In this document: piece after piece, positions 10,182 through 22,189 of the stretch
Layout: each line of letters opens with the position of its first letter
Position numbering within the stretch: position 1 is the first letter of the stretch
NCBI GenBank assembly: GCA_041601615.1
Contig: JBFIHX010000004.1
Location: forward strand, 128,001 to 192,000
DNA from: Thermoplasmatota archaeon
GTDB lineage: Archaea > Thermoplasmatota > E2 > JACPAO01 > JAHFTW01
Reading direction: 5' to 3'
Length of the DNA: 64,000 nucleotides
Translations under genes and position numbers: made by a program
Notes under the pieces: generated by a model
What the model saw: only the letters and a program-made list of their open reading frames with translations
Told to the model about the DNA's origin: nothing
The model's database searches: none

Positions 10182-11305
10182 GGGACCACCGTGAAGGAAG
10201 TGTGGTAGTTACCAGCCGGGAGTGGACTTGGGATGTCCAGGATACTCAGCATCACTTCGACTGCCTCCCCCGCAGCAAGCGGTGGCAGCGCGGTGAGTGG
10301 CGCATCGTAGGAAGTCCAAACCCATTCCGAATTTGCGTCAATTCGTGTGCCGATGCGCGCATGGCCTGCGACTGGAATGGTGCCGGGGCCTTGGAGATCG
10401 CTCAGGTCAATTCGAGGCGTTTCTTCGTCGGTTCCCTCATTGAAAATGTGGAACGACTCATCTGCGTCTACAGGGCCGCCGCCCGGCGGGAGGCTGGGAA
10501 ATCGAATCCCGCCCGGGGGAATGGAAACGCGTAGAGCTTCCTCGACCACGGACAGTGTCGCCGTGATCTGGTCTTCGTTTCCGGCCTCATCTTCGGCCCA
10601 CAGCGTCAAAACAACGTCGCCAGGGTCATCGAATCGAACCAGAAGCTCGTGCCTGCCAGATTCGCCCGCGTGGAGTACCGAGGCACCGTGCGCGAGCGTC
10701 CAGGAAGCGTCGTCGTCGTTCGGCTCGCGCACCTCAATGATGACGATGCCGGCCTCGCCGGGTCGAAGTTGATCGGGGACGGATGCAAATTCTACGACCG
10801 GAGGCACATCTTCTACGGTGATGGTCGCGGTGGAGACTTGTTCTCCCATGGCGCCACCGGGACTCGGGTCGTGTTCTGCCCATCCGTCGGCAGTGCGGTG
10901 CAGACTCTGGCCTTTGGGTGGTGCAGGAAGCTCGGAGGTGCCGTAGGATACGGCCTCGACCACGGCGCCCGCTGGATTCAGCAATTGTGCCGTGTCGCCG
11001 CCATTGTTCCATACGGTCCCGGAGGCTGTGGCGGGCCCCATGGCGTCGGCCGATCCGCCGCTCCACAAGACGACGTATCCTCGGGGCGCGATGGACCTGG
11101 AGAACGTGTATCCGTTCCCGGCGGAATCTTCGATGCGCCAGCCGGCCAAGTCGAATTCGGTGTTGGCGGGGTTGTACAATTCAATGAACTCGCGGCCCGT
11201 GTCTGGATCGGGGTAGATTTCACTGATCTGGGGCATTGCAGGATCCTGGCCCACGGCGGGAGGCACGAGGGCCAGGAGAAGCAGGAACGTTAGGGTTCGG
11301 TGCAT
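10178..11305 (-). CDS. Secreted lamin-tail-domain (LTD) protein
   Basis: Signal peptide from ATG 11305; ISEIYPDP...EFIELYN...DLAGWRIED...WNNGGD...PSPG. Confidence 0.8.
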   Translation of the reverse strand: MHRTLTFLLLLALVPPAVGQDPAMPQISEIYPDPDTGREFIELYNPANTEFDLAGWRIEDSAGNGYTFSRSIAPRGYVVLWSGGSADAMGPATASGTVWNNGGDTAQLLNPAGAVVEAVSYGTSELPAPPKGQSLHRTADGWAEHDPSPGGAMGEQVSTATITVEDVPPVVEFASVPDQLRPGEAGIVIIEVREPNDDDASWTLAHGASVLHAGESGRHELLVRFDDPGDVVLTLWAEDEAGNEDQITATLSVVEEALRVSIPPGGIRFPSLPPGGGPVDADESFHIFNEGTDEETPRIDLSDLQGPGTIPVAGHARIGTRIDANSEWVWTSYDAPLTALPPLAAGEAVEVMLSILDIPSPLPAGNYHTSFTVVP

Positions 11306-11439
11306 GAGGGGTCCATGAAAGGGGGGTACAAAGGGAGCGTCGGCCGCACCGGGGCCGGTGCCGCACACACCAAGATCTGTGCCACTCAGGCCAAGAACCG
11401 GGCGAGTCCCTTCAAGTACCTGAAACCGTAGCGGGGCGG

Positions 11440-12009
11440 GTGTTGCATTCTCCTCGCCGAGCCTTGGTCGCTGCCCTGTTATTGCTGGGGCTTGGACAGG
11501 CCTGGCTTGCCGCCGTCGAGGTGCCCGAGGTGCCCATCGCGCAAGCGAGTCGCTACGAGGGCCAGGAGGTGGTCGTGCAAGGATTGGTGCGTTCTGCAAC
11601 CCGTTTCGACGATGAAGCTCGACTGGTGTTGGCGTCCGATGGATACGGATTGAAGGTGCAAACGACCGACTTGACCATCCAACAAGGTTCCCTGGTTCGG
11701 GCCGAGGGCCGACTTGTACGCTTCGGCACCGATCTCGTGCTGCTTGCCACAAGCGTCAAGGGCGAGGCGCCACCTTCGGCGCTTCCTGTTTCCCTTGACG
11801 CCCTGCTAGATCAATCCCCCGACCAACTCGTACGAGTGACGGGCACCATTCAGGACGGCTACCTGATCCAACACGGTACACGCGTGCAACTTGGGCAGGG
11901 TCCGTGGCCGGAGTCCGGCCGAGTTTCGGCCGTCGCGACCGCCATGCAAGACCCAAGCTGCGCTTGCCTGCGATTGCACGCCCATTCGGTGCAACCATGG
12001 ACGGAATGA
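11440..12009 (+). CDS. Membrane-anchored OB-fold-like protein
   Basis: N-terminal TM; GQEVVVQGLV / GSLVRAEGRL OB-like strands; ATGA overlap with next gene. Confidence 0.6.
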   Translation: MLHSPRRALVAALLLLGLGQAWLAAVEVPEVPIAQASRYEGQEVVVQGLVRSATRFDDEARLVLASDGYGLKVQTTDLTIQQGSLVRAEGRLVRFGTDLVLLATSVKGEAPPSALPVSLDALLDQSPDQLVRVTGTIQDGYLIQHGTRVQLGQGPWPESGRVSAVATAMQDPSCACLRLHAHSVQPWTE

Positions 12010-13244
12010 CGCTGCTCGGCGTGGGACTGCTTGGTTCCGTTCTGGGACTTGTCACGGGGCTCGTGCCTGGCCTGCATGTCAATACGCTAGCCGCGGTTGC
12101 TCTTGCCAGCATGCCTTGGGCAGGTGATGCAGCGGCGCTCGCACTCGTGGCCATTGGTGTTGCCCACACGTTCGTGTCCATAATACCCGCGACCTACCTT
12201 GGTGCTCCCGGAGAGGACACCGCACACTCGGTGCTGCCGGCCCATAGGCTCCTCTTTGAAGGTCAGGGCCCGGCGGCGATCCACTCAAGCGTACACGCCA
12301 GTCTTCTCGGGCTTCTTGGCGCTTTGGCGCTCCTCTGGCCATTGCGTTGGTTGTTGGGTGCTCCAAACCACTTCGTCCAAGAGATGGACGGTGTCGCGCC
12401 GTGGTTGCTTGGGCTGACTCTGGTTGCGCTTGTGGCCATGGAAGTACCCCGAGGCCCGCATCGGTTGTTCTCGGCGTTGCTTGTGGGGGCCCTTGCGTCG
12501 TGGCTTGGCATGCTTGCGTTTCAGTGGCCAACGCGGGCCCTGTTTGATGTTCCTTCCTCGGCACTTTTGCCCCTTTTGGCAGGGCTTTTCGGCGTCCCTG
12601 GACTTGTCGTAGCGCTGCACACGGGGGCGCAAATCCCCCTTCAAGACCCATCACCCTCCTGGAGTGCCCGGTCCGCCGCAAGAACCATGGATATTCTGCC
12701 TGGATTGGGTGTGACAGCGTTCACGGCGGCACTTCCGGGGCTCACGGGTGCAGTCAGCACCAGCATGGCGCGCATCGGACGTCGCACCGACAATCCGCAC
12801 GCGATTCTCGCTACGTTGTCGGTTGTGAACACTGCGCACGCCGTTCTTGCGTTGGGAATGTTGTGGCTCGTGGGCCGGACACGTTCGGGCCTAGGTCAGG
12901 CGGTCGGCATTCTATCCCCTTCGTTGCCCTGGTCCACGGGCCCTCCTCCCAGTTTCATGGCAGCGGTGCTCGTGACGATTCTCTTGGCAGGGATTGTCGG
13001 CGCCGTGGGGACACTTTGGTTGGAGCGCCCCGTTCGGTTGTTGCTTGATTGTGTCCCCACGCGAGCGCCTGCGATTGCCGGCCTTGTGGTGCTGCTGGCG
13101 CTCACTTGCTTGTTGACAGGGCCTGCGGGCGTGCTCTTGTTGTCCATCGCGGCGATGGTCGGATCGGTGCCGTTGGTGCTGGGTGTGCGTCGGGTGCATT
13201 TGGCCGCCGCGTTGATTGTACCCATTATGGTGCGGATTGTATGA
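12006..13244 (+). CDS. Tripartite tricarboxylate transporter TctA-like permease (archaeal DUF112 type)
   Basis: GLVTGLVPGLHVN, HTFVSIIPATYLGAP, LPAHRLL.EGQG, PLLAGLFG. Confidence 0.8.
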   Translation: MTLLGVGLLGSVLGLVTGLVPGLHVNTLAAVALASMPWAGDAAALALVAIGVAHTFVSIIPATYLGAPGEDTAHSVLPAHRLLFEGQGPAAIHSSVHASLLGLLGALALLWPLRWLLGAPNHFVQEMDGVAPWLLGLTLVALVAMEVPRGPHRLFSALLVGALASWLGMLAFQWPTRALFDVPSSALLPLLAGLFGVPGLVVALHTGAQIPLQDPSPSWSARSAARTMDILPGLGVTAFTAALPGLTGAVSTSMARIGRRTDNPHAILATLSVVNTAHAVLALGMLWLVGRTRSGLGQAVGILSPSLPWSTGPPPSFMAAVLVTILLAGIVGAVGTLWLERPVRLLLDCVPTRAPAIAGLVVLLALTCLLTGPAGVLLLSIAAMVGSVPLVLGVRRVHLAAALIVPIMVRIV

Positions 13245-13716
13245 TCAGATTCAGTTCCGCCTGGGCATCTTCTTGGACGTCCAATCCTGCGTCCCGGGAC
13301 GCCACCAACAGAGCCGGGTATGCGCCAAGGTGCCCTCCGAATCGATCTTGCACTAGGGTGACTGCCTCCATCGCCAAGCTAGGGTCGTCGCCCTTGGCGG
13401 CGGCTAGTCGTTGCAGCCAACCAGCGAATCCACCCTCAGGAACGGGTGCCGTTGGCGGCGGCGCTGGGGTGGCGTCGGGGTCCGGTCGAAACCGCCGTCC
13501 AATGGTCACTGTTGCCGGGTCGAGGGTAAGTCGAAGCTCGTCGCCGTCGGTTGCAAGCAGTCCAGCATCCTGGGCGGCGGCAACATACCGGCGCGCCTGG
13601 GCCGGTGTCATCCAGCCAAGCTCCAGACTCAGAATATGCGCCCAGCGTGCCGCAGGGAGCGTGCGAGTTGCCTGTCGAATCGCCACGAATGCGAACGCTT
13701 GGGCTGCTTCAGACAC
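13225..13716 (-). CDS. DUF2240 family protein
   Basis: LSLELGWMTPAQARRYVAAAQDAGLL...FRPD; C-terminal ALLVASRDAGLDV; GTG 13716 inferred. Confidence 0.65.
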   Translation of the reverse strand: MSEAAQAFAFVAIRQATRTLPAARWAHILSLELGWMTPAQARRYVAAAQDAGLLATDGDELRLTLDPATVTIGRRFRPDPDATPAPPPTAPVPEGGFAGWLQRLAAAKGDDPSLAMEAVTLVQDRFGGHLGAYPALLVASRDAGLDVQEDAQAELNLIIQSAP

Positions 13717-13764
13717 GGCGCTGGCCACGTCGCCAGCGGTTAAAGGGGAGGTGGCGGTCCGCGA

Positions 13765-13830
13765 CTTGCCGCAATGATGAATGAATCCAAAGCTGATCTT
13801 GATGACAAGACGGGCGGGCTGAGCGGCAAG
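13765..13830 (+). ncRNA. Box C/D 2'-O-methylation guide sRNA, two guides against 16S rRNA
   Basis: 8-bp terminal stem CTTGCCGC/GCGGCAAG; C ATGATGA 13774-80, D' CTGA 13793-96, C' TGATGA 13800-05, D CTGA 13819-22; guides TGAATCCAA and GACGGGCGG complement conserved 16S segments. Confidence 0.9.
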
Positions 13831-13971
13831 GGTACAGTCAGCGAGTTCAAGGCACCCATGCCGTGACCTGGATGCCTGGAGCGCAAACTCGACAAGGTGT
13901 GGCGGCAAGGTGCCGCCAAATGCAACCGTTCTCACCAAAACGCTGATGGCGGAGCGCCCTCTCAGCCGAGT

Positions 13972-14493
13972 ATGAAGCGATTCGCCCTGCTGCTTGCCCT
14001 TGCAGTGCTCCTGCCCGGTTGCGCCAGCGAGAGTTCTCCCGAAGATCCCACGGAGGGCACGCCTGACAGCCCGGCTCCGACGGAAGACCTGCTTCCCGAG
14101 TCCACTCGAGGCAGTGCGGTGGTGACCGGCGCCGGCGTGGAAGGCGCGAGCGGCGGTTTTGGAGGCGCAGCGGCGACGATCACGGCACGCGAGGGAGCCA
14201 CACTTCTGTACGCCGAGATTCAGTGGGCGGACCCGGTGTTTGACATCGATCTCGCACTTTCCAGTCCTGCGGAGGACCACTCGGCCAATCCCGTCATGTA
14301 CGATCACACGGTAAGCGGCGGCAGCCCCGGCTCCCCGGACAGCCCCCACAGCATCACGATTCAAGCCCCCGCTGCGGGCGAGTGGTTGGGCAGTGCATTT
14401 GCCAATGGCGTCGGCGTAGAAGTGGCGTACGACGTGGCCCTGACCGTGTTCTATGGCGAGACAACTGTCCCCGATGGATACACCGGATTCTAG
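13972..14493 (+). CDS. Lipoprotein with PPC/beta-sandwich-like domain
   Basis: MKRFALLLALAVLLPGC lipobox; DIDLALSSP and PAAGEW motifs. Confidence 0.75.
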   Translation: MKRFALLLALAVLLPGCASESSPEDPTEGTPDSPAPTEDLLPESTRGSAVVTGAGVEGASGGFGGAAATITAREGATLLYAEIQWADPVFDIDLALSSPAEDHSANPVMYDHTVSGGSPGSPDSPHSITIQAPAAGEWLGSAFANGVGVEVAYDVALTVFYGETTVPDGYTGF

Positions 14494-14562
14494 GCCTCCC
14501 GACCAAACCGCTCAAATATCGGGCCTTACTCGGCCGAATCCGCCCCTGATGGGGAATCGCAC

Positions 14563-14633
14563 GCGAGGATAGTGTAGTGGTATCACGGTGCCTTGCCAAG
14601 GCACCAACTCGGGTTCAAATCCCGGTCCCCGCA
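14563..14633 (+). tRNA. tRNA-Gly(GCC), copy 1
   Basis: Cloverleaf with anticodon arm GTGCC-TTGCCAA-GGCAC and T arm TCGGG-TTCAAAT-CCCGG; no encoded CCA. Confidence 0.95.
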
Positions 14634-14667
14634 TTTTCATTTTCAACCGCAATTTCGGAGTCACCAC

Positions 14668-14738
14668 GCGAGGATAGTGTAGTGGTATCACGGTGCCTTG
14701 CCAAGGCACCAACTCGGGTTCAAATCCCGGTCCCCGCA
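14668..14738 (+). tRNA. tRNA-Gly(GCC), copy 2, identical to copy 1
   Basis: Same 71-nt sequence after a 34-nt spacer. Confidence 0.95.
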
Positions 14739-14909
14739 TCTCCTTTTCCCTTCTTTGCTTGTTTCTTGATTTTTGTCTTGGACTGCGACAGGTTCGCCCC
14801 CGAACGCTCTTATGCCGCTTCGGGTGGCGTCGGACCTGTCCCGGACGCTTGGACCTCTTTGCGCCCGAATTCACCTTGGCTTCTGGTCTCGGTTCTCCCG
14901 GTTTTCCTC

Positions 14910-16445
14910 ATGTTCGATCTCTTTCGACCCCACTCGACTGCCAAGGGTGCTTGGACGCCCAAGGCGCTGCGCCAGAACGTGTTTTCGGGCCTCACGGTCG
15001 CGCTTGCAATGGTGCCGGAGGCGATCGCGTTCTCCTTCGTGGCCGGTGTGCATCCATTGGTTGGATTGTATGCTGCATTCCTGATGTGCCTCGTGACGGC
15101 GCTGCTTGGCGGCCGCCCGGGTATGATCAGTGGTGCCACGGGCGCGCTGGCGGTGGTGATGGTGGCGTTGGTGGCCGAGCATGGCGTGGAGTATCTGTTT
15201 GCGGCGGTCGTTTTGATGGGGCTGCTTCAGATTGCGTTCGGGGCGCTGCGGCTTGGTAAGTTCATTCGCATGGTGCCGCATCCGGTAATGCTTGGTTTCG
15301 TCAACGGCCTAGCCATCGTCATTTTTCTTGCCCAACTGGAGAGTTTCAAGGTGGGCGAGTCGTGGATTGGAGGCAGACAGCTCTGGACAATGCTTGGGCT
15401 GACGGCGCTGTCGGTGGGCCTCATCTACGGTATTCCGCGCATCAACAAGGGCCTCCCGGCGCCGCTTCTTGCGATTCTGGGCATTGCGTTGGTGTCGGTG
15501 CTGTTCGGGCTGGACACGCGCACGGTTTCGGACCTTGCAATCATCAAAGGCGGGCTTCCCACACTTGGATTCCCGAAGGTGCCGTGGCAACTGGATACAC
15601 TGCGCATCATCCTGCCGTACTCGCTTATTCTTGCGGCCATTGGACTCATCGAGAGCTTGTTGACGCTGAACCTCATCGACGAGATGACAGACACCCGGGG
15701 CCGGCCCAACAAGGAATGTCTAGCACAGGGCACCGCGAACATCGTCACGGGCTTCTTTGGCGGCATGGGCGGCTGCGCGATGATTGGCCAGTCGATGATC
15801 AACGTGGGCAACGGTGGCACGCGGCGCCTGAGCGGTGTCGTTGCGGCCATTGCGCTCATTTTGAGCATTCTGTTCTTTTACGAGTGGATCGGCATGATTC
15901 CGCTTGCGGCGCTTGTGGGTCTCATGGTTGTCGTGTCGCTGAAGACGTTCGCGTGGGCAAGTCTGCGGGTGCTCAACCGCGTGCCGCGCCATGATGCGTT
16001 CGTCATTCTCGCGGTAACACTCGTGACTGTGCTCACAGACCTTGCCGTGGCCGTGGTGGCCGGGGTCATCATCGCGGCACTGGTGTTTGCCTGGCAGCAC
16101 GCCAAAGAAATTCGGGTTGTTGCGCGCGACACGGCGGAGGGACGCATTTACGATGTGCAAGGGACGCTGTTCTTTGCTTCTACAGCGAGTTTTGCTGCGG
16201 CGTTTTCTCCACGCACCGACCCGGACGACGTCATCATTGAGTTCCAAGGCGCCAAGGTCATGGACCACTCGGCGCTGGAAGCAGTGGAGTCGCTCGTGGG
16301 TCGCTACGAGGCGCGAGGAAAGCGCGTGCGCCTGCGGCACCTTAGCCCGGATTGCCTAGAACTCTTGGACCGTGCCCGCAGCACGGCCGAAATTGATCCG
16401 GTGGGCGATCCTCACTACCATCCGGCGGTCAATGAGCTAGGTTGA
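14910..16445 (+). CDS. SulP/SLC26 inorganic anion transporter with STAS domain
   Basis: GLTVALAMVPEAIAF, GRPGMISGATGA, NKECLAQG, C-terminal GTLFFAS...D.SA STAS. Confidence 0.92.
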   Translation: MFDLFRPHSTAKGAWTPKALRQNVFSGLTVALAMVPEAIAFSFVAGVHPLVGLYAAFLMCLVTALLGGRPGMISGATGALAVVMVALVAEHGVEYLFAAVVLMGLLQIAFGALRLGKFIRMVPHPVMLGFVNGLAIVIFLAQLESFKVGESWIGGRQLWTMLGLTALSVGLIYGIPRINKGLPAPLLAILGIALVSVLFGLDTRTVSDLAIIKGGLPTLGFPKVPWQLDTLRIILPYSLILAAIGLIESLLTLNLIDEMTDTRGRPNKECLAQGTANIVTGFFGGMGGCAMIGQSMINVGNGGTRRLSGVVAAIALILSILFFYEWIGMIPLAALVGLMVVVSLKTFAWASLRVLNRVPRHDAFVILAVTLVTVLTDLAVAVVAGVIIAALVFAWQHAKEIRVVARDTAEGRIYDVQGTLFFASTASFAAAFSPRTDPDDVIIEFQGAKVMDHSALEAVESLVGRYEARGKRVRLRHLSPDCLELLDRARSTAEIDPVGDPHYHPAVNELG

Positions 16446-16585
16446 GGCAGATCTTGCAGCTGCAGGGACAGCATCAGCGGCGCTGTCGGGGTTGTTCCCG
16501 CTGAACCGCTGGCCCTACCTCTTTGTTGCCGCCCTGTTGCCGCCTCTCCCGTGCGCCCTTCTGTGGCCACTGGGCAAGGTGCTCC

Positions 16586-18061
<1,476 letters not shown>

Positions 18062-18222
18062 GTTCGCGCCGCATCGATTTGTGAACACGGCATGTTCACA
18101 GCGCCCGACCCAGCCGTGCGCCCCCCGTCCTCCGCGCCCACAAGCACGAAGCGCATCATCCGCCCCAGGCCCATTCCCATCCCCTGCACCCGCTTATCCA
18201 TCCTGGGAGCCAAGCAGCCGTC

Positions 18223-19692
18223 ATGTCGCCGGAAACAGTGCTGCACCCGCCAGGATCCATTCTGCTCGGCGGCGCCCCCGTGCCACCCCACTTGCTGCTG
18301 AAATACGCCAACCGGCACGGCCTCATCACAGGCGCCACCGGAACCGGCAAAACAGTCTCCTTGCAAGTCCTCTGCGAAGGCTTCTCCCGCGCCGGCGTGC
18401 CCGTGTTCGTAGCCGACGTCAAAGGAGATCTCGCCGGCATCAGCCGCCCGGGCCGCCCCCACGCCAAAATCGACGCACGGGTACGCACCATCGGCATACC
18501 CGACTACCAAGCGCGGCCGTTTCCCACGGTGTTCTGGGACCTGTTTGGCGAAAAAGGCGTCCCGATCCGCACCACGATTTCCGAGATGGGCCCCGTGTTG
18601 CTTGCGCGCATGCTTGATCTCAACGAGGCCCAAGAAGGTGTTCTGAACATCGCCTTCCGCGTCGCCGACGAACAAGGCCTGCTCCTTCTCGACCTCAAAG
18701 ACCTTCGCGCCATGATCAGCTACGTCGCCCAAAACGCCAGCGAGCTCACCACTGCATACGGCAACGTCAGCACCTCCAGCGTCGGCGCCATCCAACGCCG
18801 CTTGCTCGTCCTGGACCAACAACGCGGCTCCCAATTCTTTGCCGAACCCGCACTCGACATCCACGACCTGATGCGCACCACGCACGGCGAAGGCAACGTC
18901 AACGTGCTCGCCGCCGACCAGCTCATGGAATACCCCAAACTGTACTCCACGTTCCTGCTCTGGTTGCTCTCCGAACTGTTTGAAGAACTGCCCGAAGTAG
19001 GCGACCCAGACCAGCCGAAACTGGTGTTCATCTTCGACGAAGCACACCTGCTGTTTTCGGATGCCCCCAAGGCCTTGGTGGACAAGGTTGCGCAGGTGGT
19101 CCGGCTCGTTCGCTCCAAGGGCGTCGGCGTCTACTTCGTCACCCAAAACCCCACCGACATCCCCGACGAAGTGCTTGGACAACTCGGCAACCGCATCCAA
19201 CACGCGCTTCGATCGTTTACGCCCCGCGACCAAAAAGCGGTGCGAGCAGCCGCACAGACCTTCCGGCCCAACCCAGAATTGGACGTGGAGCAGGTGATTG
19301 GTGAGATGGGTGTCGGCGAAGCGCTCGTGTCGGTACTGGAAGCCAAAGGCAGCCCCTCCGTCGTACAACGCACCCTCATGTGCCCGCCGCAATCACGCAT
19401 GGGCCCCATCACCGAAACCGAACGGCGCGACGCCATGCAACGGCAAACCTGGAACCAAAAATACAAGGCAACCGTGGACCGCGAATCCGCCCACGAAGTG
19501 CTCCTCGGCCGTGCCCAACTGCCCCGCGCATCTAGCAAGGTCCAGGCCAAACCCAAGCCCAAACGCAAGAGCCAACGGCAAACTTCGAGCCAGGCACTCG
19601 GCAAGTCCGCCCTACGGTCGCTGGGCACGCAACTAGGCAGTGGAATCGGCCGCAGCATCGTGCGAGGCCTGCTCGGATCCATCCTGAAATAA
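18223..19692 (+). CDS. HerA-like ATPase (DUF853/YjgR family)
   Basis: [45 protein letters not shown]. Confidence 0.9.
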   Translation: MSPETVLHPPGSILLGGAPVPPHLLLKYANRHGLITGATGTGKTVSLQVLCEGFSRAGVPVFVADVKGDLAGISRPGRPHAKIDARVRTIGIPDYQARPFPTVFWDLFGEKGVPIRTTISEMGPVLLARMLDLNEAQEGVLNIAFRVADEQGLLLLDLKDLRAMISYVAQNASELTTAYGNVSTSSVGAIQRRLLVLDQQRGSQFFAEPALDIHDLMRTTHGEGNVNVLAADQLMEYPKLYSTFLLWLLSELFEELPEVGDPDQPKLVFIFDEAHLLFSDAPKALVDKVAQVVRLVRSKGVGVYFVTQNPTDIPDEVLGQLGNRIQHALRSFTPRDQKAVRAAAQTFRPNPELDVEQVIGEMGVGEALVSVLEAKGSPSVVQRTLMCPPQSRMGPITETERRDAMQRQTWNQKYKATVDRESAHEVLLGRAQLPRASSKVQAKPKPKRKSQRQTSSQALGKSALRSLGTQLGSGIGRSIVRGLLGSILK

Positions 19693-19715
19693 ATCCCAGG
19701 CGCCAAGCTCCCGTC

Positions 19716-20705
19716 TTAGACCGCGCTCTTGACCGCACCCAGGTGAAAGATTCCGTCGCCACGATTCACACTCGGATTCAAGGCGTGTCCGATGACGAGC
19801 CGGTCGCCGGGACTGCGCACGCGCACCTCATGGCGTCCGTATGGATCCGAGATGACCCCGAGTTGCTGCCGGGCCGTGACCACGTCCCCGACCTTGACCG
19901 TCAAGCGCAACATGCCACTGGCCGGAGCCCGCAACCACGAATGGCGCCCCACCTCGACGCTGGAATGACGAAGCCGAGCCAATCGACGCGGCCGCATTCC
20001 GAGGGCAGTCATGACGCGAGCCACACCGCGCTTGCCAATCTTGATGGCCTCGTCGTTGAACCGCAGCGGCTCACCCGCCTCGAACAGCAAAGTCCGCACG
20101 CCAGCCTTCGACGCCGCATGGCGAAGCGAACCTGGGCGAAATTTGGAGTGCAGAAAGACGGGCGCGCCAAACGCCTCGGCCAAGCGCCGGGTTTCCTCAT
20201 CGTGCAAATCGGCGCGAATTTGTGGCAAATTGGTGCGATGGTGGCTGCCCGTGTGCAAGTCGATGCCGAAGTCCGAGCGCGCCAAGACCTCTGTGACAAA
20301 CAAGTGCGCCAATTGACTCGCGAGGCTCCCCCGGGCCGAGCCTGGAAACGACCGGTTCAAATCGCGCCGATCCGGCAAGTACCGCGACTGGTCCACGAAC
20401 CCAAACGCATTCACCACAGGAATTACCAGCAGCGTTCCGTGCAGGTGCGTCGGATCGGTCTGAATCAAAGTCCGACACACCTCGATGCCGTTGATTTCGT
20501 CCCCATGGATCGCCGCGCACACAAACAAACGCGGCCCCTCGTATCGACCATGAACGACCACCACAGGCATGGACAACGGCACACCCACAGGCAGGCGCGC
20601 CACAGCAAGATCAATTTGCTCCGTCGTGCCCGGCTGCACCGTCTGGCCGCCGAACTCGAAGGGACCCTGCCGCTTGGGTTTGGCCGATTTTTCAGCCCCG
20701 GACAC
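19716..20705 (-). CDS. Succinylglutamate desuccinylase/aspartoacylase family (M14) protein
   Basis: [28 protein letters not shown]. Confidence 0.9.
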   Translation of the reverse strand: MSGAEKSAKPKRQGPFEFGGQTVQPGTTEQIDLAVARLPVGVPLSMPVVVVHGRYEGPRLFVCAAIHGDEINGIEVCRTLIQTDPTHLHGTLLVIPVVNAFGFVDQSRYLPDRRDLNRSFPGSARGSLASQLAHLFVTEVLARSDFGIDLHTGSHHRTNLPQIRADLHDEETRRLAEAFGAPVFLHSKFRPGSLRHAASKAGVRTLLFEAGEPLRFNDEAIKIGKRGVARVMTALGMRPRRLARLRHSSVEVGRHSWLRAPASGMLRLTVKVGDVVTARQQLGVISDPYGRHEVRVRSPGDRLVIGHALNPSVNRGDGIFHLGAVKSAV

Positions 20706-21597
20706 GGTCCTTCACCTTGCCCGGCTTCGCATTGGTCTCTAGAAACTCGATGATTTTGCCGGCGACATCAATGCCCGTGGAGTATTCGATGCCCTCCAGG
20801 CCAGGGCTGCTGTTGACCTCCATCACGAGCGGCCCCTCGTCGCTTCGTAGGATGTCCACGCCGGCAACGTTGAGTCCGAGCGCTTTGGCCGACCGAATGG
20901 CCGTGCGACGCTCATCCGGCGTCAGTTTCGTGATCTCCGCCGTTCCGCCTCGGTGCAAGTTGCTGCGGAAATCTCCCGGTGCGCCCGTGCGCTCCATGGC
21001 CGCGATGACCTTGTTGCCGACGATGAAACAACGCACGTCCTTGCCGCCGGCCTCCTTGATGAACTGCTGCACGAGAATGTCGGCGCGCAGGCCCCGAAAC
21101 GCTTCGATGACCGACTGCGCCGCCTTCTTGGTCTCCGCCAGCACCACGCCGACACCCTGGGTGCCTTCGATGAGCTTGACCACGAGCGGAGCGCCGCCCA
21201 CGAGCTTGATTACGCCATCAATGTCGCTGGGGCTGCTGGCCATGCCCGTCACTGGCAAGCCGATGCCTTCGCGGCTCAAAATTTGCAGGCTGCGCAGCTT
21301 GTCGCGAGACCGCGTAATGGCTTGTGATTCGTTGGCCGGAAATACGCCCATCATCTCAAATTGACGCACCACCGCGGTGCCGTAGAAGGTGTGCGTGGCG
21401 CCAATGCGGGGAATAATCGCATCGTACAGAGGCAGGGGCTCGTCTTGGTACATGACGCGAGGTTTGTGACTCGTGATGTCCATGTAGCAACGAACGTAGT
21501 CAATCACGCTCGCCTTGTGCCCACGTTCTAGGGCCGCTTCGTAGAGCCGCCGAGTCGAGTACAGATGCCTATTTCGAGAGAGAACTGCAATGTTCAT
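20692..21597 (-). CDS. rimK: RimK ATP-grasp alpha-L-glutamate ligase
   Basis: [50 protein letters not shown]. Confidence 0.93.
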   Translation of the reverse strand: MNIAVLSRNRHLYSTRRLYEAALERGHKASVIDYVRCYMDITSHKPRVMYQDEPLPLYDAIIPRIGATHTFYGTAVVRQFEMMGVFPANESQAITRSRDKLRSLQILSREGIGLPVTGMASSPSDIDGVIKLVGGAPLVVKLIEGTQGVGVVLAETKKAAQSVIEAFRGLRADILVQQFIKEAGGKDVRCFIVGNKVIAAMERTGAPGDFRSNLHRGGTAEITKLTPDERRTAIRSAKALGLNVAGVDILRSDEGPLVMEVNSSPGLEGIEYSTGIDVAGKIIEFLETNAKPGKVKDRVRG

Positions 21598-22046
21598 GCT
21601 TTGCTCCATGTGCGAACCGCCTCCGGCGTGCCCCCTACGTTCGTCCTCCTACAGTCCACCAAGAATCGGTCCACAAGCGCCGTCCGACCCACCAGCATCC
21701 GGAAAGCCATCTCCTGGCGGTCAATAAGCGTCACTTCCACGTCTTGGTCCTCTCCGTTCATGCGCAGGGTCGTGCGAATCACGGGCCGCAGACTCGCCTT
21801 GGCTCCCGAATCGCGAACGATGCGCTCCTCCACAAGCGGCGCTTCCGCCTGCATGAAAAAGTCATCGCGGCCCTGAATGGTGTGCACCTTGAAGCGCACA
21901 ACGCCGTCATGAATCTCGATGTCGTAGGCGTGCAACGCGGAGGTCCGGGCCCCGGTGTCGATCTTGGCCTTGATGGGACCAATGTCCAAGTCCGGCAGGT
22001 GGACCCATTCGCGCCATCCGACGCAAGGCAGGGGGTGATTCTCCAT
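21594..22046 (-). CDS. RimK-associated retropepsin-like protease (RimB-like)
   Basis: [28 protein letters not shown]. Confidence 0.88.
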   Translation of the reverse strand: MENHPLPCVGWREWVHLPDLDIGPIKAKIDTGARTSALHAYDIEIHDGVVRFKVHTIQGRDDFFMQAEAPLVEERIVRDSGAKASLRPVIRTTLRMNGEDQDVEVTLIDRQEMAFRMLVGRTALVDRFLVDCRRTNVGGTPEAVRTWSKA

Positions 22047-22189
22047 CGTGAAGTGATGCACCGAACCGCCGGGGTTGAAGCTTGCCTTCGCGCTAGGCGC
22101 CAAAACCACCGGTAATGCAGGCGGCCCAATGCAAATCCGGCAGGTCCCCTCGGCACCGGCTCTAAATGGGTTGCCCCGGTCGCCGCATC

